Source: an uncultured delta proteobacterium (GTDB lineage: Bacteria; Desulfobacterota; Desulfobacteria; Desulfobacterales; QNYZ01). From it: a DNA stretch of 64,000 nucleotides. The stretch spans positions 576,001-640,000 of the forward strand of contig CAWJQU010000005.1 of assembly GCA_963845145.1 (NCBI GenBank), in the 5' to 3' direction. Shown piece after piece: positions 41,023 through 51,043 of the stretch. Under the pieces are notes generated by a model that was given only the letters and a program-made list of their open reading frames with translations, made no database searches and had not been told where the DNA came from. The stretch's first letter is position 1. The number at the start of each line of letters is the position of its first letter. Made by a program: the position numbers and the translations under genes.

Positions 41023-42219
41023 TCATGTAACAGGACCATTTCCAAAATTTGGTCCTTCTTTATACCATCGCCGGTATGGGAATAGCGGCGTGTCCCGGGT
41101 CTTGCAGGGGACATGGTGGCCGGTTTTTTCGCATACAAGATCTGCAGCCTGTTCGGCCATGGCCCGCATGGTGGTGGCTTTGCCGCCAATCACGGAGATG
41201 AATCCATTCAGGCCGTCACGAGTGGCATGATCGAGGCAGTCAAAGGTCCGCCTGATTTTGGTGGGATCTTCAACCGGATCATGCACGATCAACGGTCGCG
41301 ATGCGCTCCAGGCGGCATGGATGGGCAATCCATCAATAGCCGGAACCATCTCGGTACACGTTGCAACGATGCGGTCGATGTGGTCCCTGGGCAGATCGAT
41401 GAGATCAGGATCTTCGGCCAACCAGGTCGATGTTCCCAATATGGACAGCCCCCGCTGCGGTACGACAATATCTCCATCGCCGGCAGGATGCAGGCGGTTG
41501 ATGACCATATTGGTCAATCGATCCCGAACGCTGACGATTACCCCCGGCGCGGGTCGCACCGGTATCGGAAGATCCAGCATCGCAGCGATTTTCCCGGCCC
41601 AAGGCCCGGCGGCATTAATAATGATGTCCCCGGTGAAAAAAGCGTTTTGATGGGTCCGGTGATTCTGTATGGTCACGCCCACAGTCCGGTCCCCTTTTCG
41701 ATGAAGTGCGACCACTTCCGAGAACGAATGGATATGCGCCCCGTTTTCCCGGGCGGTGGCAAAAAAATGCAGCGGTAGCCGCCAGGCATCCATTGTGGCG
41801 TCCGGAATCCGGACCGCCGCCTTCAAATCCGGATTTAAATTCGGTTCGAGCGCCAAGGCCTGCTGAGGCGATAGCTGTTCAACCGGAAGCGTAATCGCAC
41901 GACAGCCTTCGAGAAATGGTTCCAGGTGCGACAGGTCATCATCGCTTAAAGCGACGAAGAGACCATCGTTTTGCTCTAGTCCCTCGGGAACAATCCGTTT
42001 TAAGATCTGATTTTCCTCCCAGCATTCCCGGGCGGTTTCCGGGTCGTGCAGGACATAGCGCCCCCCACTGTGGAGCAAACCATGATGTCGCCCGGATGTG
42101 CCCGACAACAATTCACCCATTTCGAAGAGGGTGACCTTGAATCCACGCAGGGTTAAATCATGCGCCAACGCGCCGCCGATGGCGCCGCCCCCAATGATGA
42201 TTATAGATTCCATCTTCAT
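41023..42219 (-). CDS. Second GlpA-like FAD-dependent glycerol-3-phosphate dehydrogenase (short, no C-terminal Cys domain)
   Basis: IIGGGAIG, GTSGRHHGLLHSGGRY, NAAGPWA, DGDIVVP, GGKATTMRAMAE. Confidence 0.85.
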   Translation of the reverse strand: MKMESIIIIGGGAIGGALAHDLTLRGFKVTLFEMGELLSGTSGRHHGLLHSGGRYVLHDPETARECWEENQILKRIVPEGLEQNDGLFVALSDDDLSHLEPFLEGCRAITLPVEQLSPQQALALEPNLNPDLKAAVRIPDATMDAWRLPLHFFATARENGAHIHSFSEVVALHRKGDRTVGVTIQNHRTHQNAFFTGDIIINAAGPWAGKIAAMLDLPIPVRPAPGVIVSVRDRLTNMVINRLHPAGDGDIVVPQRGLSILGTSTWLAEDPDLIDLPRDHIDRIVATCTEMVPAIDGLPIHAAWSASRPLIVHDPVEDPTKIRRTFDCLDHATRDGLNGFISVIGGKATTMRAMAEQAADLVCEKTGHHVPCKTRDTPLFPYRRWYKEGPNFGNGPVT

Positions 42220-42221
42220 TC

Positions 42222-43730
42222 CTACACCCAGTTAAACGTACGTTCAACGGCCTTATTCCAGCCTTCGATGCCCTTTTCCCGCTCTGCTGTTAGCATTTGG
42301 GGCTGCCAGGTTTTATCTTCCACCCAATTTTTGCGCAATGCGTTCAGATCAGACCAATATTCCACGGCCAGGCCGGCAGCGTAGGCCGCCCCCAGAGCAG
42401 TGGTTTCAGAGATCTTGGGACAAATCACCGGCACGCCGAGAATATCAGCTTGAAATTGCATCAACAATTCATTGGCCACCATGCCGCCATCCACTTTAAG
42501 CCTCTTCAGGCCGATTTTTGAATCCTTATCCATGGCGTTTACAATATCAAGGGTCTGATAGGCGCAGGCTTCGAGAACGGCGCGGGCGATATGCCCCTTA
42601 TTCACAAACCGGGTCAACCCGGCAATCACTCCCCTCGCGTCATCCCGCCAATACGGGGCAAACAGCCCTGAAAATGCCGGGACAATATACGCGCCGCCAT
42701 TATCCGCGACACTTCGGGCCAAATCTTCGATTTCCGGGGCGGCATTGATCAACCCCAGATTATCCCGCAACCACTGAACCAGCGCGCCGGCCATGGCCAC
42801 GGATCCTTCCAGGGCGTATACGGGTTTTTCCCCTCGAATCTGATAACCAACGGTAGTGAGCAAACCATGCTGGGAAGCTACCGGTGTTTGTCCGGTGTTG
42901 AGTAGTAGAAAACAACCCGTACCGTATGTGTTTTTTGCTTCGCCCGGGTCAAAACAAGCCTGGCCTACCAGTGCGGCCTGCTGATCCCCTAACGCACCAC
43001 AGACTGGAACGGCTGCCGCCAGGGCACCATTTTCCGACGTAAACCCCCAGGGTTCGGAATCCACCGATGGCACAATGCGCGGCAATATCTGTCGGGGAAT
43101 ACCCAGGGTCCGCAAAATCTCTTCATCCCAGTCGAGCGAATCCAAATTCATCAACATCGTCCGGCTGGCGTTGGTTACATCCGTCACATGGGCACCACCG
43201 TCGTGTCCGCCGGTGAGCCACCAGATGATCCAGCTTTCAATGGTCCCGAACAGGGCATTCCCCTTTTCAGCCGCAGCGCTGGCTTCGGGCACATGGTCCA
43301 GAATCCACCTGATTTTTGGACCGGAAAAATAAGTGCTGACGGGTAAACCGGTTTTTTTTCTAAATCGGTCTTGGCCGGCTTCATCAATTAATCGGCGGCA
43401 AATGTCGTCGGTACGTGTACACTGCCAGACAATGGCATTATAAAAAGGTTGGCCATTCGTTTTATCCCATACAACCGTTGTTTCCCGCTGATTGGTGATA
43501 CCAATGGCCGCCAGGTTGCTGCCGGTTATCCCCCCTTTTTTTAAGGCCTCCTGCATGACCTCGCCGGCATTTTTCCAAATCTCCATAGGGTTGTGTTCCA
43601 CCCATCCCGGTTGGGGAAAAATCTGTTCATGCTCTTTTTGAGCCATTGAGATGATTTGTCCGCCATGGTCGAAAATTATAAAACGATTGCTGGTCGTGCC
43701 CAGGTCCAGTGCGCCGATAACCATGTCCAT
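42222..43730 (-). CDS. glpK: Glycerol kinase
   Basis: [71 protein letters not shown]. Confidence 0.97.
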   Translation of the reverse strand: MDMVIGALDLGTTSNRFIIFDHGGQIISMAQKEHEQIFPQPGWVEHNPMEIWKNAGEVMQEALKKGGITGSNLAAIGITNQRETTVVWDKTNGQPFYNAIVWQCTRTDDICRRLIDEAGQDRFRKKTGLPVSTYFSGPKIRWILDHVPEASAAAEKGNALFGTIESWIIWWLTGGHDGGAHVTDVTNASRTMLMNLDSLDWDEEILRTLGIPRQILPRIVPSVDSEPWGFTSENGALAAAVPVCGALGDQQAALVGQACFDPGEAKNTYGTGCFLLLNTGQTPVASQHGLLTTVGYQIRGEKPVYALEGSVAMAGALVQWLRDNLGLINAAPEIEDLARSVADNGGAYIVPAFSGLFAPYWRDDARGVIAGLTRFVNKGHIARAVLEACAYQTLDIVNAMDKDSKIGLKRLKVDGGMVANELLMQFQADILGVPVICPKISETTALGAAYAAGLAVEYWSDLNALRKNWVEDKTWQPQMLTAEREKGIEGWNKAVERTFNWV

Positions 43731-43856
43731 CTCTTCTCCTCCTTTTCGTCAAACGGGTGCTTGGCTGTTGGCGGTAAAATCCTTGCTGGATTACAGAATA
43801 TCCTAAAAAACAATGAGTGCCAAGCCTGCACATATACGGCAATGGATGTTGCCAAC

Positions 43857-44720
43857 CTATCGGTTAAGTATACAATTTGTCATCACAGTATCCATGCCCA
43901 AGGACTTGGGCTTTTCACCCATGGCCAAGCCTAGCAGCTGGGTAAAGAGCATGGCGGATGGCACTTCGATCTGTTCCCCCGCTTTTCCGGAATGCCCCAT
44001 TCCCCCTTCGAATTGAAGCTGACAGTAAGTGCAGGCGGTTGCCATCACCTGCGCCCCGGCCGCGCCGGCATCGGATAGCTTGCGGGCCATCAGGGCTGCG
44101 GAAAGCGCCTGGTTTTTATCTTGCAATGGGTGGCCGCAACATTCCAGTCGAAGTGGCCATTCCACCGGTGTTGCCCCCGTAGCGGCAATCAGCGTTTCAA
44201 AGATGGTGGGAGCTAGAGGGTTGTCGAATTGGGTAACGTCAGAAGGTCGCAGGGCATGGCATCCATAGTGTGCCGCCACCTTTAACCCTTCAAGGGGTGC
44301 GACAATCAATTCGGCAATGGTATGTTGGATATCGGACCTATTTAATATCGATAGCAGGTGGAAGATGGGTACTTGCGGATGCCAGCTGAGTCCTTCGGCG
44401 GCAAGTAGGGTTGAAATGTTTTCCGCTATTAGAGGTCTTTTTTGAAGCCAGTAATCAGCATGTTTCAAGTTTCCAAAACAACACTTACAAGGCGTAACAA
44501 TGGGAAGCCCCCGGGCTTTGGCAATGGCCATAACCCGTGCTGCAGATAATAATGAGGCCGTCACGTCCAGGTGGCGTACCGGATAACCGCAGCAGTTCAG
44601 TTCGATATCCACCAAGTCGACGTTCAGCCTTGACATTATCGTACGAATACTGAGGTCGTATTGGGGGAGCGATGGGACCATCCGGCACCCTGGGAAGTAA
44701 AGATATCGAAGATTCGCCAT
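43857..44720 (-). CDS. Heterodisulfide reductase subunit B-like protein (two CCG domains)
   Basis: FPGC..CCG..TPCKCC and HYGCH.LRP..CCG..TACTYC.LQF. Confidence 0.88.
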   Translation of the reverse strand: MANLRYLYFPGCRMVPSLPQYDLSIRTIMSRLNVDLVDIELNCCGYPVRHLDVTASLLSAARVMAIAKARGLPIVTPCKCCFGNLKHADYWLQKRPLIAENISTLLAAEGLSWHPQVPIFHLLSILNRSDIQHTIAELIVAPLEGLKVAAHYGCHALRPSDVTQFDNPLAPTIFETLIAATGATPVEWPLRLECCGHPLQDKNQALSAALMARKLSDAGAAGAQVMATACTYCQLQFEGGMGHSGKAGEQIEVPSAMLFTQLLGLAMGEKPKSLGMDTVMTNCILNR

Positions 44721-44723
44721 GCG

Positions 44724-46445
44724 TCAATCCTCGCTCCGGTTGACATTTTGGGTTGGGTCCGGATCAGCGGGAGGTGCCATGCTGCGCGGCTTGAAACGCC
44801 GATAGGCTTCATTTCGAAGTTCGTACAGCACATCGGCCACCTTGACACCCTGGGGACAGTGCTCTTGACAGCTGTAGCAGGTGACACAATCCCAGACCAT
44901 TTGACTGCCCAGGGCCAACTCTTTTAATTGCAGTCGCATCAGATTCATGATTTGTTGCGGCGTCCAGTCCAGGTCCCGCTGGGGATCTTCACTGACGGCA
45001 ACCACCGGACAGACGCTGGTGCAGGTGGTACACTGGATGCAGTCCCAGAACGAATCGGGCTTGTTGGAAAGTTCAAGGGAGTGTGTCGTCTGCTTCCCAT
45101 CCCCAATGGCAGATGGGTATTTGGCCCACTGATCGGCGCTCTGGTGGCGGATCCATTGGAAAGGAGCAGGGTACCCCCGATGGGTTAGCTCGGAGCGCCC
45201 AGCCTGCCAGAGATCCTCTAAATCGATCCCCGCCGGACACCACAAAGTGCAATTTCCACAATCAGTGCAAATCCGACTACCTTCGGAAAGAAGCGCTTGG
45301 TGGCGGTCTGTGCCACCCGGCCGAACCATTTGGGCAATCGCACCGATTTTTTCAGAGGGCAGAATGGTTGCGTTGGGAATAATCTGGTAGATCGGTGCCA
45401 CCCGGCAATGCCGGCTGCATACGCCACAATGGGTGCAGGCGTCCAGACCTACCGCCCGTATAGTGAGTTTGTTTGCGGGCTTCGCTGCGGCCGAATTCCC
45501 CGCGGTATTGAGAATTAAATGAGCGGGTGTGGCGAGGATGTGAAACAACTTACCAAATGGCAAGTAGGCCAGGGCAAAAAGAGACAGCAGCACGTGCAGC
45601 CACCACACCCAATGATTCACATCAATCTGATTGAGAAATCCACCGATGGGCGCAAGCAATCGCGCAACCGGATACGATAGAAAAGCGCTGCCGGCCGAAG
45701 CATGGCAAGCAGCGCAATAATCCGCGTGTAACTCACGGCCTTCGTCCATCAGCTCTTGATCTCCGGGTTCAACCGAAGGCGTAAACACCACACCGAACTC
45801 TTTGGCCCATAAGGCTTTCAGGGGTGCGATTTCTTCCGGTATGTCGCTTCCCATATAGTCTGCCACCATCTCGTCAAATAAACGTTCCGAGATCATGGTT
45901 GTGCTTTCCAGAGCGATACCCGATAAAATGATCAATAAAAGAATCGCAAGGGTGGCCAAGTCCATGGGCGTAGAGATTCGTTTCAGCGCGGGAACACGCA
46001 TACGCCGAACAATGGCGATGCCCAGGCCAATCAAAACAAACGCACCCAATCCGTTTCGAATGAACCGATAGGGATTTAAAGTCGGTTCATAGTCGGTTAG
46101 CAGAAGGGTGGTGATGGTATCGTCCAGGGCATGAAACAAGATGAGCGTGATAAATCCCCAGAACACCAGAAAATGCATTAACCAGCGCAGGGGTTGCTTA
46201 CTCAAAAGTGGCAGTTGCAAAAGGACATTGGTCACCACAGACCCCATCCCCCACAGGCCCGTTTTCGTTAAAAATGCCCTTGCAACCGCTGCTATTGCCG
46301 CGCCAATGCGTTGGACCGGCGATATGTGATGGTATTCGGGTCCTATTTTAACCGTAAACCATCGAAAAGTTCGATACATTACCCCCAGCCCGCAGATACT
46401 AAGGGAAATGACAATACATATGCGGTAGAAGGTCAATTCGCTCAC
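44724..46445 (-). CDS. Membrane redox protein: NarI/DsrM-like TM domain with inserted CxxCH, fused to four [4Fe-4S] motifs (HdrC-like)
   Basis: TM histidines in WLMHFL..LFHAL and WLHVLL..PFGKLFHIL; YCAACH; CTHCGVCSRHC, CTDCGNCTLWCP, CIQCTTCTSVCP, CVTCYSCQEHCPQGV. Confidence 0.85.
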   Translation of the reverse strand: MSELTFYRICIVISLSICGLGVMYRTFRWFTVKIGPEYHHISPVQRIGAAIAAVARAFLTKTGLWGMGSVVTNVLLQLPLLSKQPLRWLMHFLVFWGFITLILFHALDDTITTLLLTDYEPTLNPYRFIRNGLGAFVLIGLGIAIVRRMRVPALKRISTPMDLATLAILLLIILSGIALESTTMISERLFDEMVADYMGSDIPEEIAPLKALWAKEFGVVFTPSVEPGDQELMDEGRELHADYCAACHASAGSAFLSYPVARLLAPIGGFLNQIDVNHWVWWLHVLLSLFALAYLPFGKLFHILATPAHLILNTAGNSAAAKPANKLTIRAVGLDACTHCGVCSRHCRVAPIYQIIPNATILPSEKIGAIAQMVRPGGTDRHQALLSEGSRICTDCGNCTLWCPAGIDLEDLWQAGRSELTHRGYPAPFQWIRHQSADQWAKYPSAIGDGKQTTHSLELSNKPDSFWDCIQCTTCTSVCPVVAVSEDPQRDLDWTPQQIMNLMRLQLKELALGSQMVWDCVTCYSCQEHCPQGVKVADVLYELRNEAYRRFKPRSMAPPADPDPTQNVNRSED

Positions 46446-46492
46446 CCTTGCCGAAGTGCGGCCTATAAAACACGAACATTAAGCACAAAAAA

Positions 46493-47797
46493 TTATTTTC
46501 CGACCGATTTTGCCAACACCAACAATCGTGCGCCTTCAACGGCTCCCCAGGCAGTCGCAATGGCCAGTCCGGAACCGCATTTTTGTCGTATCCAGTCCTG
46601 GTTGGCCAGGATAGATCCGGCGACAAACAAATTGGGGTGAACCGGTTTTCCGCCCTGATCAACCGGGCGGTAATGACGGTCAGTGGGTAACCCGCAGCAG
46701 TTGATGGGATGGCCGTCCGAATGGAGCAGATCTTTTTGGTGCCATTGGGATCTGTCCGCAGGCTGTTTGACGGGTAGATTGAAAATGGTTTCACGAATAC
46801 CGGTACGATCCGCGTGCAGGCCTCTACCCAAAAAACGACCGCTGGCCAGAACGACACATTTCGTACCGATATGGTATCGATGAGCCCCATCGCCGATGGT
46901 TAACAACCACCCACCATCCATTCTTTTGCGGGCCTTGGTTACCTTCTGCTGGTAATGAGACGACACACCGAGCAGGGGCAGCCGGCTTTCAAATGCTTCT
47001 CTTAATCGTAAACCGGTAACAGCCGGCATCATGGTGGGGATTTCAAATACCTTGACGCCCAACCAACGCCCCAAGTCATCAATGACTTCGGTTGAACGAC
47101 TGATCCCTAGAACCGCCGGCATCCCGATGACCGTCTCATCTTTTAAATGGGGTTTGATGATGTCAGCCAGTTCCCGGCGATTTTGTTTTGTCTCCAGTGT
47201 TCGGGCGATGTGTTCCGTGTACAATTCGCCTTTGGTGCGGGGAATGGCAATGCGTACAGTGCGAAGTTTCGGCCATTTTTGTTTTAACTGCCCGACAATT
47301 TGGGCGCCGCTGAATCCTTTTAAGCCATTGAAATCAACAATCAGGCAGGGGGACTTTTGTGCCAGCGCATGGACTCCCGCTTCCATTGTGCATGGAACAG
47401 CGAAGGTGGGTTTTGTTGTTCCCAGGGGTGTCATTACCAGTTGATTGGTCTGACCCTCATCGTAATATGGAAGACCGGCCGAAGCCAAAAAGCTAAAAAC
47501 CCCGGCCAACGCCGATTGGATCTGTTCTTTTGTCAAATGGGTATAGGGGTGTTCCGGGTCGGCTTTTGTCAATGCACTTATCGCTGCCCACGGGTCGGAC
47601 CAGACCTGTTTTTCGGCGACCGGGTACACGCCCATCAAGTCGATCAGGCCACTGGCGAAATTTATCTGTCCGGCCATACCGATCTGGGCCGTATCGATCC
47701 CATGCTCTGCAGCAAAGAGAGCCGCCGCCATTCCGGCCATACCTGTACCAATGACAACCATCTCCTTTTCCACGACAACGTTTGCTTCTTGGCTCAT
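46493..47797 (-). CDS. glpB: Anaerobic glycerol-3-phosphate dehydrogenase subunit B
   Basis: VIGTGMAG, FASGLIDL, TPLGTTKPT, EIPTMMP..GLRL, LASGRFLGRGL, RETIFNLPV, KCGSGLAIAT. Confidence 0.9.
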   Translation of the reverse strand: MSQEANVVVEKEMVVIGTGMAGMAAALFAAEHGIDTAQIGMAGQINFASGLIDLMGVYPVAEKQVWSDPWAAISALTKADPEHPYTHLTKEQIQSALAGVFSFLASAGLPYYDEGQTNQLVMTPLGTTKPTFAVPCTMEAGVHALAQKSPCLIVDFNGLKGFSGAQIVGQLKQKWPKLRTVRIAIPRTKGELYTEHIARTLETKQNRRELADIIKPHLKDETVIGMPAVLGISRSTEVIDDLGRWLGVKVFEIPTMMPAVTGLRLREAFESRLPLLGVSSHYQQKVTKARKRMDGGWLLTIGDGAHRYHIGTKCVVLASGRFLGRGLHADRTGIRETIFNLPVKQPADRSQWHQKDLLHSDGHPINCCGLPTDRHYRPVDQGGKPVHPNLFVAGSILANQDWIRQKCGSGLAIATAWGAVEGARLLVLAKSVGK

Positions 47798-47807
47798 GGT
47801 ATTGTCC

Positions 47808-49418
47808 TTAGTCCTGACCCGGTTCTATAAACGGGTCGCTTTCGGGAACCGAATCCAACCCAAAGAACCCGCAGTGCATGGCCTCCATAAGTTCGGCCTG
47901 GGCCAACGCCGTATCCCACAACAATGGTTGTTGGCCGCGCCATCTTTCCCTTAAGAATTGGCGTAACTCAGCCGTTCCCCTGGAACCGGTGAGATGCCCA
48001 TGGTCATACAAATGGGCAACCACCCGCTGGCTACAAAACGTTCCCTGGCAAGGTCCCTTTCCAATGCGGCTACGCAATCCAATGCTGCGGAGATTGGGCT
48101 CAGCACCGTGACGCTTCATTGAGGCGATGATCTCCTCTACGACACTTTGAGGGACCATTTCGCACTCGCAAAGTAATTTATCCTCGGCGGCTTTCTTTCG
48201 AATCCAATAATTTGGCGCCAGCCCGGGTTCTGTCCAGCGGGCATCTACAGTGTTGGGTAGCGGGACTTCGCGAGTGCGGCAGGAAGCCTCAATGTTAAGG
48301 TGCCGGCATACCAAGTTGGCCGCCCTTTCCGCCATGAGGCGAAAGGTGGTCAGTTTTCCACCGGTGATCGTGATAAAATTATTTAACCGTGCACCATTCT
48401 CGATATTGGACTCAGCATGGGGTTCGCCATGATCGATGAGTTCAAATCCCCGACTGACACTTCGATCATCACCTGCCGTATCTCTCTTAATCAGAGGTCG
48501 CACGCCACAATAGGCACGGATATACCTTGTGGAACCCAGGACGGGAATCATCGCAGCGCCTTCATCGATAATGTGATCCACTTCGTCGACCTCCGGATAG
48601 ATAACATCTGGTGATTCAACCCGCTCGGAAGTGGTTCCCAGGATAGAGACGGTCCCCCCCGGAACAAGAATGTCGCCATCCGTGGCCTTGCGCATGCGGT
48701 TCACAACTTGGTGGGTAATACGATCCTGGGTAACCAGCAATGTCCCCTTGGAGTAAACCATTGGAATCTTTTCGCCCGCCAGGCCGGCAACGTTCCCAGC
48801 CCACGCACCGGTGGCATTGACGATCACTTCGGCTTCAACGTGGATGGTTTTGCCTGAGGTATGATCTATCAGATGCGCTCGCCGAATACGCCCATCGGCA
48901 ACATCGAAACCGGTCAACCGGGTGTAGCGCAACAGCCGTGTGCCAAACTGTTGGGCATGGGCAATATTGTCCAGCGAGAGTTTGAACGGATCAATGGTGG
49001 CATCTTCGACGGAAAAAGCGGCAATCAGCTTATCGGACAGCACGGGCTCCATCTCACGTGCATCAACGACATCAAGGGGTTTAGCCGTGATATTGCTATT
49101 GCGACACATCGAATCGAAATCGGCAATGTAATGTTCATCGTCGCCTTGAACGGCGACAAACAATCCCCCGGTTGGTTCAATGCAATGGGCGGCCAGTTTC
49201 TTCAACAACCGGCCCTCCTGTTGGCACTCGGCCGCAGCGGCCGGATCGGAGGCGATATACCGTGCACCGCTGTGGAGCAGACCATGGTTGCCACCGGATG
49301 CACCGGCGTTGATATCACGCTTTTCTACAAGGATGCAGTCTATGCCTCGTAGAGACAAATCTCGAGCCACCCCCGTACCGGTAACACCGCCACCGATTAT
49401 CAATACCTGAGTATTCAT
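47808..49418 (-). CDS. glpA: Anaerobic glycerol-3-phosphate dehydrogenase subunit A
   Basis: IIGGGVTG.G.ARDL, GASGGNHGLLHSGARY, GVRPL, GGKLTTFRLMAE; C-terminal CECEMV..GPCQGTFC. Confidence 0.93.
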   Translation of the reverse strand: MNTQVLIIGGGVTGTGVARDLSLRGIDCILVEKRDINAGASGGNHGLLHSGARYIASDPAAAAECQQEGRLLKKLAAHCIEPTGGLFVAVQGDDEHYIADFDSMCRNSNITAKPLDVVDAREMEPVLSDKLIAAFSVEDATIDPFKLSLDNIAHAQQFGTRLLRYTRLTGFDVADGRIRRAHLIDHTSGKTIHVEAEVIVNATGAWAGNVAGLAGEKIPMVYSKGTLLVTQDRITHQVVNRMRKATDGDILVPGGTVSILGTTSERVESPDVIYPEVDEVDHIIDEGAAMIPVLGSTRYIRAYCGVRPLIKRDTAGDDRSVSRGFELIDHGEPHAESNIENGARLNNFITITGGKLTTFRLMAERAANLVCRHLNIEASCRTREVPLPNTVDARWTEPGLAPNYWIRKKAAEDKLLCECEMVPQSVVEEIIASMKRHGAEPNLRSIGLRSRIGKGPCQGTFCSQRVVAHLYDHGHLTGSRGTAELRQFLRERWRGQQPLLWDTALAQAELMEAMHCGFFGLDSVPESDPFIEPGQD

Positions 49419-49475
49419 AAAGCCCCCATTCGGCACATCAGGATAGAATAGCCGAGTGCCCAAAAATGATCAGTA

Positions 49476-49618
49476 TATTTCACTTGTGAAATAATATGGG
49501 CGATGATACTATTGAATTCGAAAATGAAATTTTAGATTATTAGGTTAAATTTCCGTAAATATAGCCCATTAAAAGAGAAAAGTCACGAACTTAATTTTCG
49601 AAAACGAAAATTAAGTTC
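49476..49618. promoter_or_regulatory. Putative GlpR operators (TTC-N6-GAA core) in the glpA-glpR divergent region
   Basis: TATTTCAC-TT-GTGAAATA (49476-49493), ATTCGAAAATGAAA (~49516-49529) and a perfect 14-bp inverted repeat GAACTTAATTTTCG-AAAA-CGAAAATTAAGTTC (49587-49618). Confidence 0.7.
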
Positions 49619-49681
49619 AAAAACCGACAACACCTGTTGCCCATCCCGCTCGTTACACTTTTAAATTAACCTGGAGACATC

Positions 49682-50512
49682 GTGTCGACAAAACCATTGA
49701 TGACAAACGACGATAATAAAGGCGGGGGGAACGATAAGGACGGTGCAGTTGGCCTACGCCACAAGCAGATCCGCCAACTCGTTCAATCCAAAGGATATGC
49801 GACCATTGAGCATCTGGCCCGGGAATTCGGAGTGACGCCTCAGACGATCCGGCGGGATATCAATACACTCAGCGACGAAGGCATACTGCGTCGATATCAT
49901 GGTGGCGCCGGCCTGTCGCCCAGTACTGAGAATCTTGCTTATAACGATCGCAAGGTGTTGTGTTATAATGAAAAACAAAGCATTGCCCAAATGGTGGCGT
50001 CTCAAATACCAGATCAAGCGTCTTTGTTTATCAACATTGGCACAACCACCGAAACCATTGCCAAAGCGCTCAATCCCCAAAGCAATCTCAGAGTGATTAC
50101 CAACAATATCAATGTTGCCTCCATTCTTGCGTCCAACAATAATTTCGAGGTCTTCGTGGCGGGCGGACTGGTCCGCCATCGCGACGGCGGGGTCATCGGT
50201 CCTCTGACCATCGATTTCATTCAACAGTTCAGAGTGGATTATGGCATTATCGGAATCAGTGGTATCGATGCGGATGGCGCCCTACTCGATTTTGACTACC
50301 GTGAGGTTCGGGCTGCCCGGGCCATCATCGATAACTCTCGCAAGGTTTTTCTGGCAACCGATCATACCAAATTTGGCCGCAATGCCATGGTACACCTGGG
50401 AAATATCACCGAAATCGATGCCTTTTTCACCGATCGGGAGCCACCGACCGCCCTCTTGAAGATAATGGAAGCGGCGAATGTCGAGCTGTTCGTCAGCGAT
50501 AACGAGAGGTAA
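49682..50512 (+). CDS. glpR: DeoR-family glycerol-3-phosphate regulon repressor
   Basis: VTPQTIRRDIN, RYHGGA, SLFINIGTTTE, FRVDYGIIGISGID.DG.LLDFDYREV, DHTKFGRNAMV; divergent from the glp operon. Confidence 0.93.
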   Translation: MSTKPLMTNDDNKGGGNDKDGAVGLRHKQIRQLVQSKGYATIEHLAREFGVTPQTIRRDINTLSDEGILRRYHGGAGLSPSTENLAYNDRKVLCYNEKQSIAQMVASQIPDQASLFINIGTTTETIAKALNPQSNLRVITNNINVASILASNNNFEVFVAGGLVRHRDGGVIGPLTIDFIQQFRVDYGIIGISGIDADGALLDFDYREVRAARAIIDNSRKVFLATDHTKFGRNAMVHLGNITEIDAFFTDREPPTALLKIMEAANVELFVSDNER

Positions 50513-50600
50513 TCATCGCCGTTCCTGGCTCGATCCCATCACGCGAAAGAATCGTTTTCTGAATGTTAGTTTGTGTGTGTAAATGAAAATTTGTTGATTT

Positions 50601-50616
50601 TTTTCACTTGCGAAAA
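50601..50616. promoter_or_regulatory. Additional putative GlpR operator downstream of glpR
   Basis: TTTTCACTTGCGAAAA, nearly identical to the operator at 49476. Confidence 0.6.
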
Positions 50617-50617
50617 T

Positions 50618-50782
50618 ACCAACGTGCCGGATTATCCAAAATTGGCACAGCTGTGGTGGCAAAATGTCGGTGAAGCGGTCTCCGGTGAAGTGACGGTCAG
50701 TACGGCCATGGACAATCTGGCCCGTGAGCAGGATCTTGTCCCCTAACGCATTCAGGCTTGGCGTGAGGGGCGCGTGAAGTAA
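50618..50782 (+). pseudogene. C-terminal remnant of a glycerol ABC transporter substrate-binding protein (GlpV-like)
   Basis: Manual translation TNVPDYPKLAQLWWQNVGEAVSGEVTVSTAMDNLAREQDLVP*RIQAWREGRVK*. No start codon or RBS; contains an internal stop. Confidence 0.75.
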
Positions 50783-50812
50783 CTATTTGTAACTAAATAA
50801 TAAAAATTGGCA

Positions 50813-50850
50813 AAAGGGGTGGCTCGTTAGGGGGCCACCCCTTTGTTGTT
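50813..50850 (+). terminator. Rho-independent terminator after the remnant
   Basis: AAAGGGGTGGC...GCCACCCCTTT stem followed by GTTGTT. Confidence 0.7.
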
Positions 50851-51043
50851 CGCACGTCAATTTTTTTTTCGACGATTTTTTTTAATAGTCATGCAGCGAT
50901 CTCTGGATATATTTAAGCGGATTCGTTATACTCATAGGTTATAACTCTGGTTAAAAAACAGAAACATGCCATATACTGCTTTTGTGGTCTGCCCATATGG
51001 TCTGTTCCTGTCCGAAAGAGGCCGAAAGAGCCGAAAGATATAG

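Noticed and set aside
51012..51038. CCGAAAGA(G) x3 upstream of the radical SAM start
   Set aside because: Too short to distinguish from a chance microrepeat.
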